Shown here: positions 13,959 through 43,500 of the stretch, in pieces
Layout: every line of letters starts with the position of its first letter
How positions within the stretch are numbered: position 1 is the stretch's first letter
Assembly (NCBI RefSeq): GCF_964204645.1
Contig: NC_134035.1
Coordinates: 1,426,001 to 1,490,000 of the forward strand
Length of the DNA stretch: 64,000 nucleotides
Origin: Tubulanus polymorphus
Taxonomy: Eukaryota; Animalia; Nemertea
Reading direction: 5' to 3'
Program-made: the position numbers and the translations under genes
Notes under the pieces: model-generated
Databases searched by the model: none
Seen by the model: the letters and a program-made list of their open reading frames with translations, nothing else
What the model was told of the DNA's origin: nothing

Positions 13959-14395
13959 CGCAATGATCTAGCCAGTGTCGCACAACTTTAAGGACAAGTT
14001 TAATCTAGTGGGCATTGGATGATTTATTGTGACACAATGATCTAGCCAGTGTCGCTATCTATAGGGTCAAGTTTAATCTAGTGGATATTGGATGATCTAT
14101 TGTGACACAATGATCTAGCTAGAGTCGCCATCTATAGGGTCAAGTTTAATCTAGTGGATATTGGATGATCTATTGTGACACAATGATCTAGCCAGAGTCG
14201 CCATCTATAGGGTCAAGTTTAATCTAGTGGATATTGGATGATCTATTGCGACACAATGATCTAGCCAGTGTCGCTATCTATAGGGTCAAGTTTAATCTAG
14301 TGGATATTGGATGATCTATTGCGACACAATGATCTAGCCAGTGTCGCTATCTATAGGGTCAATCCTATTCTAGTAGGTACTGGACCATCTAATTG
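13959..14395. repeat. 73-bp minisatellite, about 6 copies
   Basis: Unit ACACAATGATCTAGCCAGTGTCGCTATCTATAGGGTCAAGTTTAATCTAGTGGATATTGGATGATCTATTGTG at ~13959, 14032, 14105, 14178, 14251, 14324. There are no unique spacers. Confidence 0.95.
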
Positions 14396-15363
14396 TTACA
14401 ATATGTGATAAAGACAAAGTTCGGTTGTATAGGAAAGTTACAAGCAACGACTCGAGCAGTCCGCCTCACTCAAGAGATTGAACAAACCATAATCATGATG
14501 ATAATTAACATCCGTTTTTGAATACGTAACAAAATCTACACGTGTTTTAGATCGAATCGGATTTATTCCGACGAACATCGACGAGACCCGGAGAAATACT
14601 ACGGAGGAACACGACTCCAGCCGTTGTAAGATTCCGCGGGACGCGGTGAACGATGAAGTCTTCATAACGCCGCCCCTTTTAACGAGGAAGCAGAAAATCC
14701 GTCGACAACTAACGTAATAACGATGGCAACAATTCTGACCCTTAGGAAAAACATCATCACAACACACGCGCACGTCTGCTATTAAAACACGGTTAATACG
14801 TTATTAGTACACTGATAATAATTGGCCCCGAGATCCACACACAACCACGCATGCACAAATCCCTACGATAAACTACAGATGTGGAAGGAATCGCGAACCG
14901 CCAAATATGGGTATCGAATTCATTCATACGACAACGCACGTCCAGATCCAGATTTTCATCCTATCCAAATACACACTCGTCTGTTTTATAACAAATTTCC
15001 CATAAATTTCATCCAAAAAGAAATTCGCCAAAATAAATGTTAACTTACATAGAACACTTAATTTCGCGTAATTACGTTGATCGGGATTATAAGCGGGCGT
15101 CGCGGTAGAATGTAATAACCGGTAGCTAAGCGGATATCATAGTCATGTTTTTAGAAGAAGCTGTCGTCCGTCGATGATGGCACGAAATTTTTTTCGTTTT
15201 TGAAAAAAAAACCAACGTCGTATAGCGCGTAATATACACATGTATATAACCAGGTTTTAGAGAGATATGCACAATGTCGTATCTTATATCAATCAAAATG
15301 TCTACCACACAAATTCTTTCAATCACGCTCGGTATGTTATCAACAGCAGTCTGCAGGCTCGGC

Positions 15364-15394
<31 letters not shown>

Positions 15395-15411
15395 GATTGT
15401 GTGCACGGTTC

Positions 15412-21949
<6,538 letters not shown>

Positions 21950-22120
21950 CTTGGCCCGGCGAATCTGAAACGAAACGACGGATTAACGATACATGAAAAC
22001 CGGAACGACGGTTGGGTGTCAAACCAGGAGAGGGGGGGGCACAAAAACGATACATGAAAACCTGAACAGCGGTTGGGTTTTAAACCGGGGGAGGGGAGAC
22101 ACTAATATAAATCAATTCAG

Positions 22121-22214
22121 GATCCAGTTCTACAGTCATGAGGTTGAATTAAATTAGTTTATTTTCATAGTTAACTCTGAGTCAAATCTTAACTCACAAC
22201 TGTGGAACTGGGTC
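22121..22214. mobile_element. ~95-110-bp palindromic MITE family with CWG target-site duplications (Harbinger-like); other copies at 35220-35321, ~57942-58034, 58942-59052
   Basis: Ends G(A/G)CCC(A/G)GTTCCACAG and CTGTGGAACTGGGTC; flanked by CAG/CAG (22121, 57942, 58942) or CTG/CTG (35220). Confidence 0.7.
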
Positions 22215-23745
22215 CAGATCTCTAAAATATTTAGATAGGTTTCAATCCGTAGCTTAGAGACTGAAACCTTTCAGATACTTTTCACCGTATTGAAGTGTGA
22301 ACTCTGGATGGTCAATAATAAACCAGGAACAATAAACTGCATCAGTTCAAGTGCGTCTAAAATATTTAGTTTTCATTCTGCAGCATGAAACCTGCACCCC
22401 TTCAGACCCCTCACAATTATATTAAGTGCAAAGTGTGGTCGATCAGTTTTTGAAAGTGCTCTGATAAAATGCCTAATGTCTGGTGTTTGTAGTTCATTTT
22501 CAATTAAAAATGTCTCAGGTGAAGTTCAGAACACATGCGACTATCAGTTGTTTTCGATAGTGAGCTGACAACAAAATATCTAATGTTCGTTCGTTTTCAA
22601 TCAAAAATGTCTGAAATGAAGTACAGAGTCCACGCTGCAGATCAACACACTTTAAGAATAGCAAATCATTTAATGAAAGAAACTGTGATACCAATAATAA
22701 TAACAGAGACCGATCAATAAACGGCACGTGATATAGAAGTATTTAAACGATTATTGATTATCAAACCGTGAACGCCGGGGTTAGGTTACTTAGTAACCGC
22801 AGCGGAGAACGTACCGCGCGCGACAAAGACACGACCATTGATTGATGACATGAAGTTCGGATGACGAGACGTCAATGAGCGAATATATACAAAAACACCG
22901 ACCACTCTGAGAGTCACAACTACAGTAGGCCTATATAGACATTCAGTTGCAACATTAGCTTAAAATTCAGAGAAAACCCACAATACAGACAAATCTAAAC
23001 ATCGTTTTTTCCTTTAGTTTCGGGTGCAATCCTTTCACATTTTCAGCATTCATTTGAAAATGAGTTATAGCTTTATATTACTATCATTTTCAAATGTCTA
23101 CAAGTAGTCTCTGAAGAATTCCAGAATTGGTAGGACCAATCGAAACCTACCATTATACGGTAATGGTTAAATTCTAAGCCCCACTAGTTTTCAGAATTAG
23201 TGACCATTATGAAACGCAATTCAGCTGCACTCTCAGAACTGAGGTCCTAGACGCTCAAATCCTACAGCTTAATATGAAATATTACCTGCGACTTCGCGTG
23301 GAGATATTGTCCGAACAGGAACAAATCAGACGTCAAATTTTATCAACGCACAATAACGAGGTCATTATTGACAGCGGCGTATCTATATATAACAATAATT
23401 CAAACCTCTCGACTAAACTTAACATATCAACGCAAAAAACACCATCGACGACGATTTACGTAGATTAGAAATGAATTAATAAACAACTCGCTGAAACCAC
23501 TGAACACACATAGAATCAATCAAAAATAACAACGTAGTAAACATGATTAATTTGCCGGGAGAAAAAAAAAATGATTACAGCACCATCAATCACAACAATC
23601 TATTAATGAATAGTGACTATTTTTAAACCAAACCACTACAACACCGTAGACGAGCAAAATAATATCGAGGGGAATTGACTGACTGAATCCAAACCTACGT
23701 AGAACTAAAAGGTGACTATGAAAACCGAGTTAATACAGGTAACAA

Positions 23746-23917
23746 CAGTGTTTTCAATAAGTGCCAGGTCCCAGGTTCCAGACACGTCAGTCGTTTGTAA
23801 AGGACCCGCCTGGTTTTTTCATTCAAACCTGCTTTCGTTTCAGGGAGTGTGAAATATTGCGGGACCCTCCTGTTTTTCAAAGGGACCTGGCTTGTTAATT
23901 CCTTATTGAAAACACCG
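23746..23917. mobile_element. MITE with CAGTGTTTTCAATAAG TIRs; second copy at 51195-51347
   Basis: 16-bp TIRs, a 5-bp direct flank AACAA/AACAA here, and a closely similar internal sequence in both copies. Confidence 0.8.
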
Positions 23918-24309
23918 AACAATCGGCAGTCTGATATTAGAATTTAAAATGTATCACGCGAAGTTCTGAACACATTCGAAAAGTGGATGATTATAAGTTC
24001 TAAGATCGGGTGATTGATTATTGAATGCCTGAGGGGGGGGGCGCCAGACTGCGGATCGTTACTTGTTTACAGGAGGACGGACAAAATGGAACTCATTAAC
24101 CGCTTCCTACAACCAATTTGAATATTGCCCTCTTCACCGGAGTGTGATCATCAGTGGAGGATTGATCTAGAGTATATATATATATATATAATCGCTGTGA
24201 CGATAACACAGACATAGAGGAAGCTAGTAGGGTCAGAGGAGCAGACGGGTATAAGGTATTCAGGTAGGCAGGAGAGAGAGAGAGAGACTAGAGAGTTGAT
24301 ACATCTCAC

Positions 24310-24342
24310 CTTCAGCGGTGGTCGACTTAGACGTAAACCCAT
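24310..24342 (-). CDS. Putative alternative first coding exon of the NDR kinase (MGLRLSRPPLK)
   Basis: ATG at 24342, 11 codons, donor AAG|GTGAGA (phase 0). It is in frame with the acceptor at 21964 (ATT CGC CGG GCC AAG ATG). Confidence 0.55.
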
Positions 24343-24589
24343 TCACAACATCATGCTACCATTTTCTATATATAACAAATCTTCACAATATATACAACTA
24401 TATAAAATACTGATCATTCCATACGGTCGAATTCCTTTATAACGCTACAATCTGAGCCGTCTCAAATCAAACACCGGGTCTACATTGCGCAGTGGAAATG
24501 GTTTTAAATCCTTAGATCGGTCATTCATGTTAGATTGGCTCTATAAAACAATGATGGTATGAGACTGGTCTTTAATCTAAGCCCTGCAG

Positions 24590-24730
24590 GGGCTGGTTCC
24601 ATTATAGTCAGGGCTAAGACTTAAGACCAGTCTAAGACCAACTTGGTTCTATAGCCAATCTAACAACTTAAAACCAGTCTTAAGATTTAGGACGAATTTT
24701 GATATTAAGTCTTGACAATGGAACCGGCCT
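24590..24730. mobile_element. Palindromic TTAAGACCAGTC(T)TAAG-type short element family (also ~19960-20052, 30560-30790, 32350-32530, 34815-34895)
   Basis: Recurrent GACTGGTCTTAAG / CTTAAGACCAGTC blocks, some with GGTTCCAT...ATGGAACC inverted ends. Confidence 0.6.
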
Positions 24731-26511
24731 GCGGGGTTTGTGCAGAATAGGGAATTCAAATTCCCTGACTTTAACAAGAAAAGAGTCTGAATTCCCTGAT
24801 TTTCCCTGCAGGAAAATGACTTAACCGAGAATCGACTTAACCGCGAATTCCCTGACTTTCCTGACCTTCACAAACCGTGTACGTCCAAGTGACAACTTTC
24901 AAACACTCTTGACTCTTCTAAAAAAACGTGGTGTCAAGCTATGATTAATATTACAATAATGAAACTGATAATAATAATTTGTAAATTTGTAAAGCGCCAT
25001 TTAAAAAAGTTTCACCAGCTCTTAAAATGGATGTTAGTTAAAACAGCATCAAAAGTCCATAGACTTTACAGAAAAGTGGATGTCCTAGATGTCTCAATTA
25101 AATCCTAAAATTTTGAATAGCAATTGAGTACAATTGAATACAATTGAGCCAGTGATACCGCGTAACTTTCATTCTTGTTCAAACAACTGATTACGTTTCA
25201 CATTTCGTTTCAGTTTGTGATCGCGTTATAAAGGCCTTTGACGAAACGAAACGCTGTGATTAAAAAAAAAAAGTAAAAGCAAATTCATGCAGGCATGATG
25301 AATAAGCACTTCTTCGGCGTTCTATCCGTCACTGTAATCCTCCTCGGAGAAATTCTATAACACCAAATACCAGTGCTAGTATTCGTTATTCTTTCTGGCA
25401 ACTTAACTCTTACTCATATAAACTATATCAAAATGTAATACAGTTCGGGCTCAAATTCTTGACTGAAACGCAACCGACACTGAGTGCAACAATCAACTGA
25501 CATAAATACACCCGTTCGGAACTGAAACTGAATGTCAATGTGAAATATCGCGGGTATATTAGTAATATCGCAGGTATTTTAACCCTTGACATTATTGGTA
25601 CACATTTACCACGGTTAAGTCTATGTTCTAATTTAAGGAAGTGGATACTATGCCGACACAGCAGCATTATTCTAGTAAACAAAATCATAAAAGATAAATG
25701 AAACTGCATGTCAATGTGAAATATCGTGGGTCCCTATATTTGCCCTATGTTAACATTTGACATTATTGGTATACAGAAACCGCAGTAAAATGTTTTAATT
25801 TAAGGAAGTGATTATTATGCCAAGGCAGCATTATTCTAGCAAACGAAATCATGCTAACAAAAAAAATCAGCATTATCATTATAAAGTTAGGGTAGATAGA
25901 GGGTAGGTTTAGTGCAACAGTCCTCCTCAGCAGTTCGGAAGACGCTACACGCTGGCAGAAAAAATACTGGATAACCGCTCTTTATTATAATTACATAAAT
26001 TAGCGTTAAATGTGGAGTTACGTAAAAGTGCAGATCTTGGCGTAAATGGTTCAATCAATTACATTAAATATCATTGTTTCAGATTCAAAATGTCATCAGC
26101 AATTCAGTACATTGCCATTGGTTAATTTTAAATCTTCACTAGAAAGATTTTAGCCTGGATTCTGTCATTCAGTAGATTATCACAAGAGGTGCAGATCTGC
26201 ACTTTTACCTGGAGTTATCTTCATAAAGTTGTAACGTTAACGAGGTATAATACCGACTCGGCTAAATATCCACTACCTTCTACTATACTAGTAGGCCTAT
26301 ACCCGCACACAGACTGACATGGCCGGGCAAGCTGGTGAAACCGGGCTAACTTAACTAACCATTCTTGAATTTTCACCATGTGGAGGGACAACCGGTCCGA
26401 ATTATTATTTCTTTTAAGGGGTAGCTAGCAATGAAAACGTAAAACCTGAAAAAAAATTGACTGGTTGTTGTTTCCAAATCCTCCTTGGCTTTTTTGCCTT
26501 GACCGACTCAC

Positions 26512-26725
26512 CTTCGCCTTTTCAATCGAATTATTTCTCGTTTTCCGACCAAACGACACAATGTCACCAGTCAGACGATCTGATCAACTGGAATCCCGAG
26601 CCACCTATCTAAATATCAGCGATCAGCAGCAGAAACAGCCGAAAATATCGCCGAATATCAGAAAAAAAATCTCGAAATTTCAGCAGAATCTGACAGACCT
26701 AACAACACAATCGAGAAATATCATG
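26512..26725 (-). other. Probable non-coding first exon (5' UTR) of the NDR kinase
   Basis: Consensus donor AAG|GTGAGT at 26511, CpG-rich, no in-frame ATG after an in-frame stop. The upstream boundary is approximate. Confidence 0.55.
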
Positions 26726-27110
26726 TAAATCCGCGGCGACTAATAGTTCCTTTATCTAATTTGAGATTTTGAATTTGAACAGAAGCAAAACTGTTTATAA
26801 ATTGAGAAACCCATTAATAGGCATTAAACCTGATAAAATCATCTTAAAAAATATATATTTATAAATGTTGGGAAAATATATTATGTATTCGCGGATGAAT
26901 TATATTTCGGTGCGTGGAGGTCATTTAAGGTTCGAGTCCGATGAGTTTCATAAAAAAGAAAATATTACCCGAGTGTTTCCTTTTCATTATTCACGTAGAA
27001 TTTCTCAACTAAAATCATTGAATTGAACTAAATTTACCTAAATTCATGATGGTCATTTAATTGAAATTACGACAGGGCGGTTACACCATAGAATGGTTAC
27101 ACATCCGTCT
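26726..27110. promoter_or_regulatory. Probable bidirectional promoter between NDR kinase and ABCB8
   Basis: Divergent first exons: the NDR donor at 26511 and the ABCB8 ATG at 27198 are under 700 bp apart. Confidence 0.5.
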
Positions 27111-27197
27111 TCGAGTCTCAAGGACGCGTGGACCGGGAAATAAACAAACAAGAAAAATAGGAAATAAATAAATCTTTCTTATTTTGACTTTTAAACG

Positions 27198-32878
<5,681 letters not shown>

Positions 32879-33348
32879 CGACGGAGAGTTCACTAAGTAG
32901 ATATAGTTTGCAACCTCGATATAACGAACTTTGAAAATTAGTCAATTTAAAATGAAAAATGAAATAGGAATGTTATTGTTTTATCGAAAAATAAAAACTT
33001 TTACTATGTATTTATTACCTGTAATGTTGTTATGTTATCAGTACCCTGTAACCTGTGGAATATGCGAGGGGTTCGTTTTTAACTCAGTCTTGTGTCCACC
33101 CCCACAAAAATTGCCACTTGCTATGGGCCTGGTTATTAGAAACACATACTGATTAAGTGAAATCAAATCAATCATGACCCGTCACTTGCAGGCTTACAGT
33201 TAGACCTCATTTAAACTTCCAGTGAAACTTTGTTACAACAAACTTCAGGGTACAAGAAAATCTTTTCGTTGATACATGTAGTTTGTTGTATCCAGCATGA
33301 AATTGTCTTGTTTGGGACGAAATTCTCTTACTGTGGAATAGTGTGTTA

Positions 33349-33501
33349 TTGTCTATTTCAACTTTGCTTCTGAGGACGGCGGTTGACCTAGCTCAGTCAG
33401 TTTTAGTAGTACATACCCGATAGGTATTTAAAGGACCAGAACGGGTCGACTTGACTGAACTCGGCCACCCACCGTCCTCTCGAGCATAGTTGAAATAGAC
33501 A
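33349..33501. mobile_element. Foldback MITE between ABCB8 and KRR1
   Basis: Inverted ends TGTCTATTTCAACT(T/A)TGCT and AGCATAGTTGAAATAGACA, with further internal complementarity. Confidence 0.6.
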
Positions 33502-33805
33502 TTAACACTAATATTATAAGTTCATGACAAGGTTCCACTGTATAAGAAAATGAAGAGTGTACTGGTTGACGGTTCAAATCACAGATTAATGAATGAATCC
33601 TCGAGTCTCATGGTCTTTCTCACCCCTCCAGACGGAAACAGAGAGGTTTATGTTTAGCTCAGCCTAATAATTATGGACAAGAAACGTATTTTAAGGAAAA
33701 TTTACAATATTTTTTATTTACAACGTATCCTATATACAATACTAGTAAATGACGTACATTTTTTTCAATTTTCGATCGAGGTTTCATCAACCGCCGAAAA
33801 ATTCA

Positions 33806-38410
<4,605 letters not shown>

Positions 38411-38502
38411 ATTTCTCTGTTTTCTTAATAACGAGTAATTAATCGCAATTTTTAGTTGAAAGGCATGTTTTGTATGATGATGGCTCCACGATTGATTAAG
38501 GT

Positions 38503-39671
38503 CTGTCTGCAGAGTTTGCAGAACCTGTTATGTCAGGGCCCAATACCTAACATGACAGGTGGGACCTCAGGCGACAGGTTGATTCGCTAAAATGAAAATC
38601 GTCATGACTGAACCGATGATATGCGATTAGAAGACATGAGAGGCGCGGATTTAGAACACATGATAGCCGATGAACACAAAGAACATATCGTAGCGCTTTC
38701 TGAATATATTATTCAAAAACAGGCAATTTGCTTTTGGCATCTTCATCATTCATGTGTTCTTCAAACTTTTGAAACTTTTCCCGTTAAATTACAGACTCCC
38801 CTCTCCATCTCCTCTCCCCTATATTGAATTCATCAATTCATCTAGTTAAAAGTTTTCCAGGAAACTGCATCTGATTCAACTGCCAGGGTTTGTAAATGAT
38901 TCACTGACCGGCCGTGAAAAGCAGTGAATTTAATAGAAGGGCAGTGAAATGGGGGTGTATTTAAACTATGCACTACTAAAACTAAGACGCACTTAGAGGT
39001 GTAAGAACTATGCATGACTAAAACGAAGTCCGATGAGCTATTGCACAAATTAGAAATCATCACTAGGGGTGCTATATGTGTATTCAACCATCTCTGCTAA
39101 TTAGTGTAGGCAATACCAGATAAACAAATGCATGTGAAACGTAAATTGGTCGGTTTTCTCTAGTGCATATAGTCTTTTTATTTACATGGATATAGTTAAT
39201 TTTAAGTTACTATAAAACAATAATTTTGAAGCCAGACCTCACACCACACGGCAGCTCGTGCCATTTTGCAGAGCTTCTCGAGACCTATGGTGACAGGTCT
39301 GCATTATTAAACTGATGAAATGAAGGAAAACTTTAATTTTTTGCAGAATTTCTTGTGACCTGTGGTGACAGGTCTGCATTAAAACTGATATAAATAGAAA
39401 AAAAAACTTTGTGCTTTAAATTTTGCTTTAAATTGATGAGTTGATCTAAAATAAGTCTCTATATTGCATTCGGCTCATTTACATATACATCATAAAAACA
39501 ATGAACATAAATAGTGAGACTTCAGGACAGTGAGGAGTAGTCTGAATACCAGTCTAGATATTTCTAGATATGTCTAGATATTTCGCCGTTTTGTCAATTG
39601 TTGTGAGTTTGGGTTTTTTCGGGACCTGACATGACAGGTAAGACCGAATGGTTTATTCAGACTGCACACAG
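38503..39671. mobile_element. Decayed ~1.2-kb non-autonomous TIR element upstream of KRR1
   Basis: Imperfect inverted ends CTGTCTGCAG...ACCTGTTATGTCAGGGCCC and GGGACCTGACATGACAGGT...CTGCACACAG, with repeated internal GACAGGT motifs. Confidence 0.45.
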
Positions 39672-40533
39672 TTTCGCTACTGCTGGGTGTTTCCGAAATA
39701 ATCCCAAAAAAAAACAGATCCCAGAAAAAAAAGGTGGGTGAAAAATAACCAGTTTTACAGTTGAAAAATATATCCAGAATACACAAAAAAAATCCTTAAA
39801 CAATTATTTATTACGCAGAACTTTGATAAGTTTATTTAGAATTTGATTAAGTTAACAATAACAATTATGACATCACATTCAGTGTGGCCTCAGTTAGGCT
39901 GTAAATACATTCATGGAATACATCATTATACATGTAGAAATATATAAAATTGAACTACAAATTTAGAAATACACTCGAGCTTAATTTATGTATATGGAAA
40001 AATTCCAACTATGTATACCGGTGATTATTTATCAAGATATTAGATTACAAGACCCTATTGCGTCTTCAGTTTCAATTCAGTGAATGAATAAAAATTCATC
40101 AAATTGTTTACCTTTTTTAGTTTTCTAATTGCACTAAGCCCTATAAAAATTTATCAAATTGTACTTTGCCCTATCGTGGCTATTCGGTGTATAGTGAGTA
40201 CAGCGATTAACAATATTCATAAAAGTAAAGAATGAATAATACATGAAAAGATCCGGATCTGGTTTAGCTCAGTGACAGACTGACCCAGCAGTCCTCCACT
40301 TCTGACACGCTTTTCTGGTCCTAATTAATAGCGATGGCTCAGGGGACATTATTTGCTAGCTATATTGCCAAAAATATGGTCCAAGAAATCAAAGTATATC
40401 GACGCAATCATTCGTCCCGCGATCTCGTAAGAAACACGGGTGCAACGATACAAAAGTGTAAAATGTGACGGCAAAGTTGAACATCAAATGGAGATACAAA
40501 CACCAGATGAATTGTCACGGTTCGTCTGCACGT

Positions 40534-43500
40534 TTATTCTTCACCGAAGACGATTTTCTCCATTTTCAAAATGATAGGAGATTTAGGTTGACCGAATGAG
40601 TTCTTTTGCAAAGGAATCTGTATGAAATAAACATTGTTTATTTCATTAATCAGTAATTTTTGCGTGTGTTTAATAAATCTAATCTCATTACTTACGGTTG
40701 TTTCTTTACACGGCACAAAACGGTAATTCTGCAACACGGTCGCCAGGCCGACCTTCGCTTCGAACAAAGCCAGTCGTTGAGCGATGCAAACACGCGGGCC
40801 CAATCCGAACGGTATGAAACTGCACGGGTGCATTCCTTCTCGATTTTCAGCTGAAAACCTACCAAAAATTGAAACAATAAATTCATGAAATACAAGTAAA
40901 AAATCTGAGGCTTTTTGAACAAACTAAATTCTAAAATTCAGCTGAAAAAGTATGTCAGTATCAATAAAAGCTTAAGGCCGGTATCACTCTCAGGTGGATA
41001 GTTCAGTTATATTCTACAGTGGATCGAACTCCGTTATATTAAACCTTTTTTGGGTCCCTTCAAACTTGTTTTTAATGAGGTCCACTGAGTACTCACCGTT
41101 CAGGGTCAAACTTTTCAGGTTCAGGCCAAATATCTGGATCCATGTGAATAGCGCCCACGGGTATGATGGCGATCCAGCCTTTCTCAAACACAACACCATT
41201 CATTTCAGTCCTTTCATTACAAATACGATCAATTCTGAAAATTAAATATTACGATAATGAAGGTCTCCAGTTTCACTAATATGTTTAATGTTAAACTTAT
41301 TTATTGTATGATAAAGCGTATCACAATCAAACTTGGGTAAGTCCTCATACTACTGAAGTTGTCATTAGTTTTTTCGTCACAGTTAGAATTTCCGATTCAA
41401 TTTACCAAGTATCAGTCATCATTTAGACAGGTTGTCAACATTTGGTATGTCAACTTTGTAGTATCTTTCTCTCAGATTTCACTCAGATTATAATTGAGGC
41501 CCAGTGGATAGTCGGTACAGTGATGATTAAAACTGATGCTTAATTCTAACCAACTGGCTCAGAGATTTAAGAGTAAGTACCTTGAAGCTAACGTATGCAA
41601 TCTACTGGTTTCATTGATAACCATATCCAGATATTCAACCTTAGCAACGTTGTCATAATCAGGTGCCTGAAATAGGAAATGATTTAATTACACGATAACT
41701 ACAAACCATCAACAGAATCATTCACTATCTTCCAAATGGCTTTATTCACATGAAATCTAACTATGAAAAAGTACCAGTTTCCCTATAAAGATTTACCTCA
41801 TTGCCGATGATATCGCGGATGTCTTTGATAAGTCGATCCTGTGCATCGGGGTTCAGAGCCAAACAATACGCCACGTACATCATGAAATTCGAAATATTTT
41901 CATAGCCACCAAAAATGAAAGCGAACGACTGCGCCAGAATTTCCTCCCGCAATAGACCTGTCGAAAATTCAGCAATATGCATCAAATGGCACAAAGAACA
42001 AAATAACAATCATAAGGAAAGATCATGAACTATTTGTAAGTAGGGATGAAAGAGAAATTTCATATTTTTAGTAACTGCAGCCTTAGGGTTAGAACAAATT
42101 TGATCTGTACCATTTGACGACCATTTCATTTTATTCGATTCTCTGTCTACGACGTCATCGCTCACGTACGACTTAGCCATCGTTTGCAGGAAGTCGGCGC
42201 GACTCTACAAGTTTGAACGTTCAGAATAATTTTGTCAGTAACATTTTCGTGGAAAGCAGTAAATAATTCTAAACAAAATATTGACTCGGAACCTGATCAT
42301 CGTCGGTGCGTCTGTCGTTCAGAGCTCGATCGAGAACCGTCTCAAAATATTCTATCGTTCCCTTCGGGAAAATCGACAACACGCCGAGACGCACCAACGT
42401 GGTGAACAACTTCGGCGACATAACTGAAATTTGCAAATTCAAATTCTACTCAATTCTTAAAGCTCAGCGATAGCACTGCAGCAAATACAGCCCGAAACAG
42501 TGTTTTCAACTTACACAATAATATCATGGCGAAGCTCTTATCGGTAAATCTTTGCATCAATTTCTTCGCGTGAATGACAATCGGTTCTTTAGGATTTTCC
42601 AGTGAATTCACTTGTAATCCGAATATCGTCGCGGCCGTTACATCTAACGCATAACAACCAAACGCACTGGAATTACATTTAAATACAGGTACAGGAAGAC
42701 AGTTACCACCAAGTAGATCCAGTTTTACAGTACTTTGTAATGACTCAAAAGTTGAAATTAGTTAATTTCCCAAATTTCTATTTATATCAAATTCTAACCA
42801 AGGACCCGGTCATGGAATTTAATGTGCTTCGAATTGAATATATTATAAATTCTGCAAATTCAATGTTCTATATTTCGCAGACCGATTTCATAGTCGATAC
42901 CCCTGTTTCATCCCCGGCACTCGTAGCTGTTTTGTAAGAGAGACACAACAGATAAAAAAGGCAATTTTGATATGTATCTAAAGTACCATGAACCGAAGTA
43001 TATTTTGTATAGCAACACAAGCCCCCTACTTTATTCTCAGGTTGGATTGTAAAGCACACACCAAATGGATAAAAGACTAAAAATAAATGAATTAACAGGT
43101 GCAAGTTTGATTCAGTCGATAGCAAGCAGATGAGGCAACACTTTGTTAAGCATGTACGACATCAAGCTGTATACGGCTGTATGTGGACAGTTCTATAGGT
43201 CTACTTGTAGCACGCTTTACTAGTAGCGCATAATTTCGCTGCCACTCTAAATACTGATACAACTCACAAACACTTACTCTTTCACTGTAATCGGTTTGTT
43301 TTCGTCGACAAATTTTCCGAAATTGTTCGCCAGATTTTTCGCACCGTCCTGCAACATGTCGTTCATCTGTAGGAATAAAAAAACAGTTTAGATTTCTCGA
43401 TCTAAACCCGGTACAAACACTCGAACATAGCAGCAATTCAATCCGGTGAGGTCCTAGGATCAACATCATCATCCCCAAGCTTGGGGCAGCAATCTCTCAA

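Noticed and set aside
13959-14395. CRISPR-like regular repeat (also 60494-61221)
   Set aside because: Units are repeated end to end with no unique spacers, there are no cas genes, and the context is eukaryotic; these are minisatellites.
23286-23400. Another potential NDR upstream exon (CAG|GTAATA)
   Set aside because: An in-frame stop and no ATG in the kinase frame; at most a UTR exon, with no further support.
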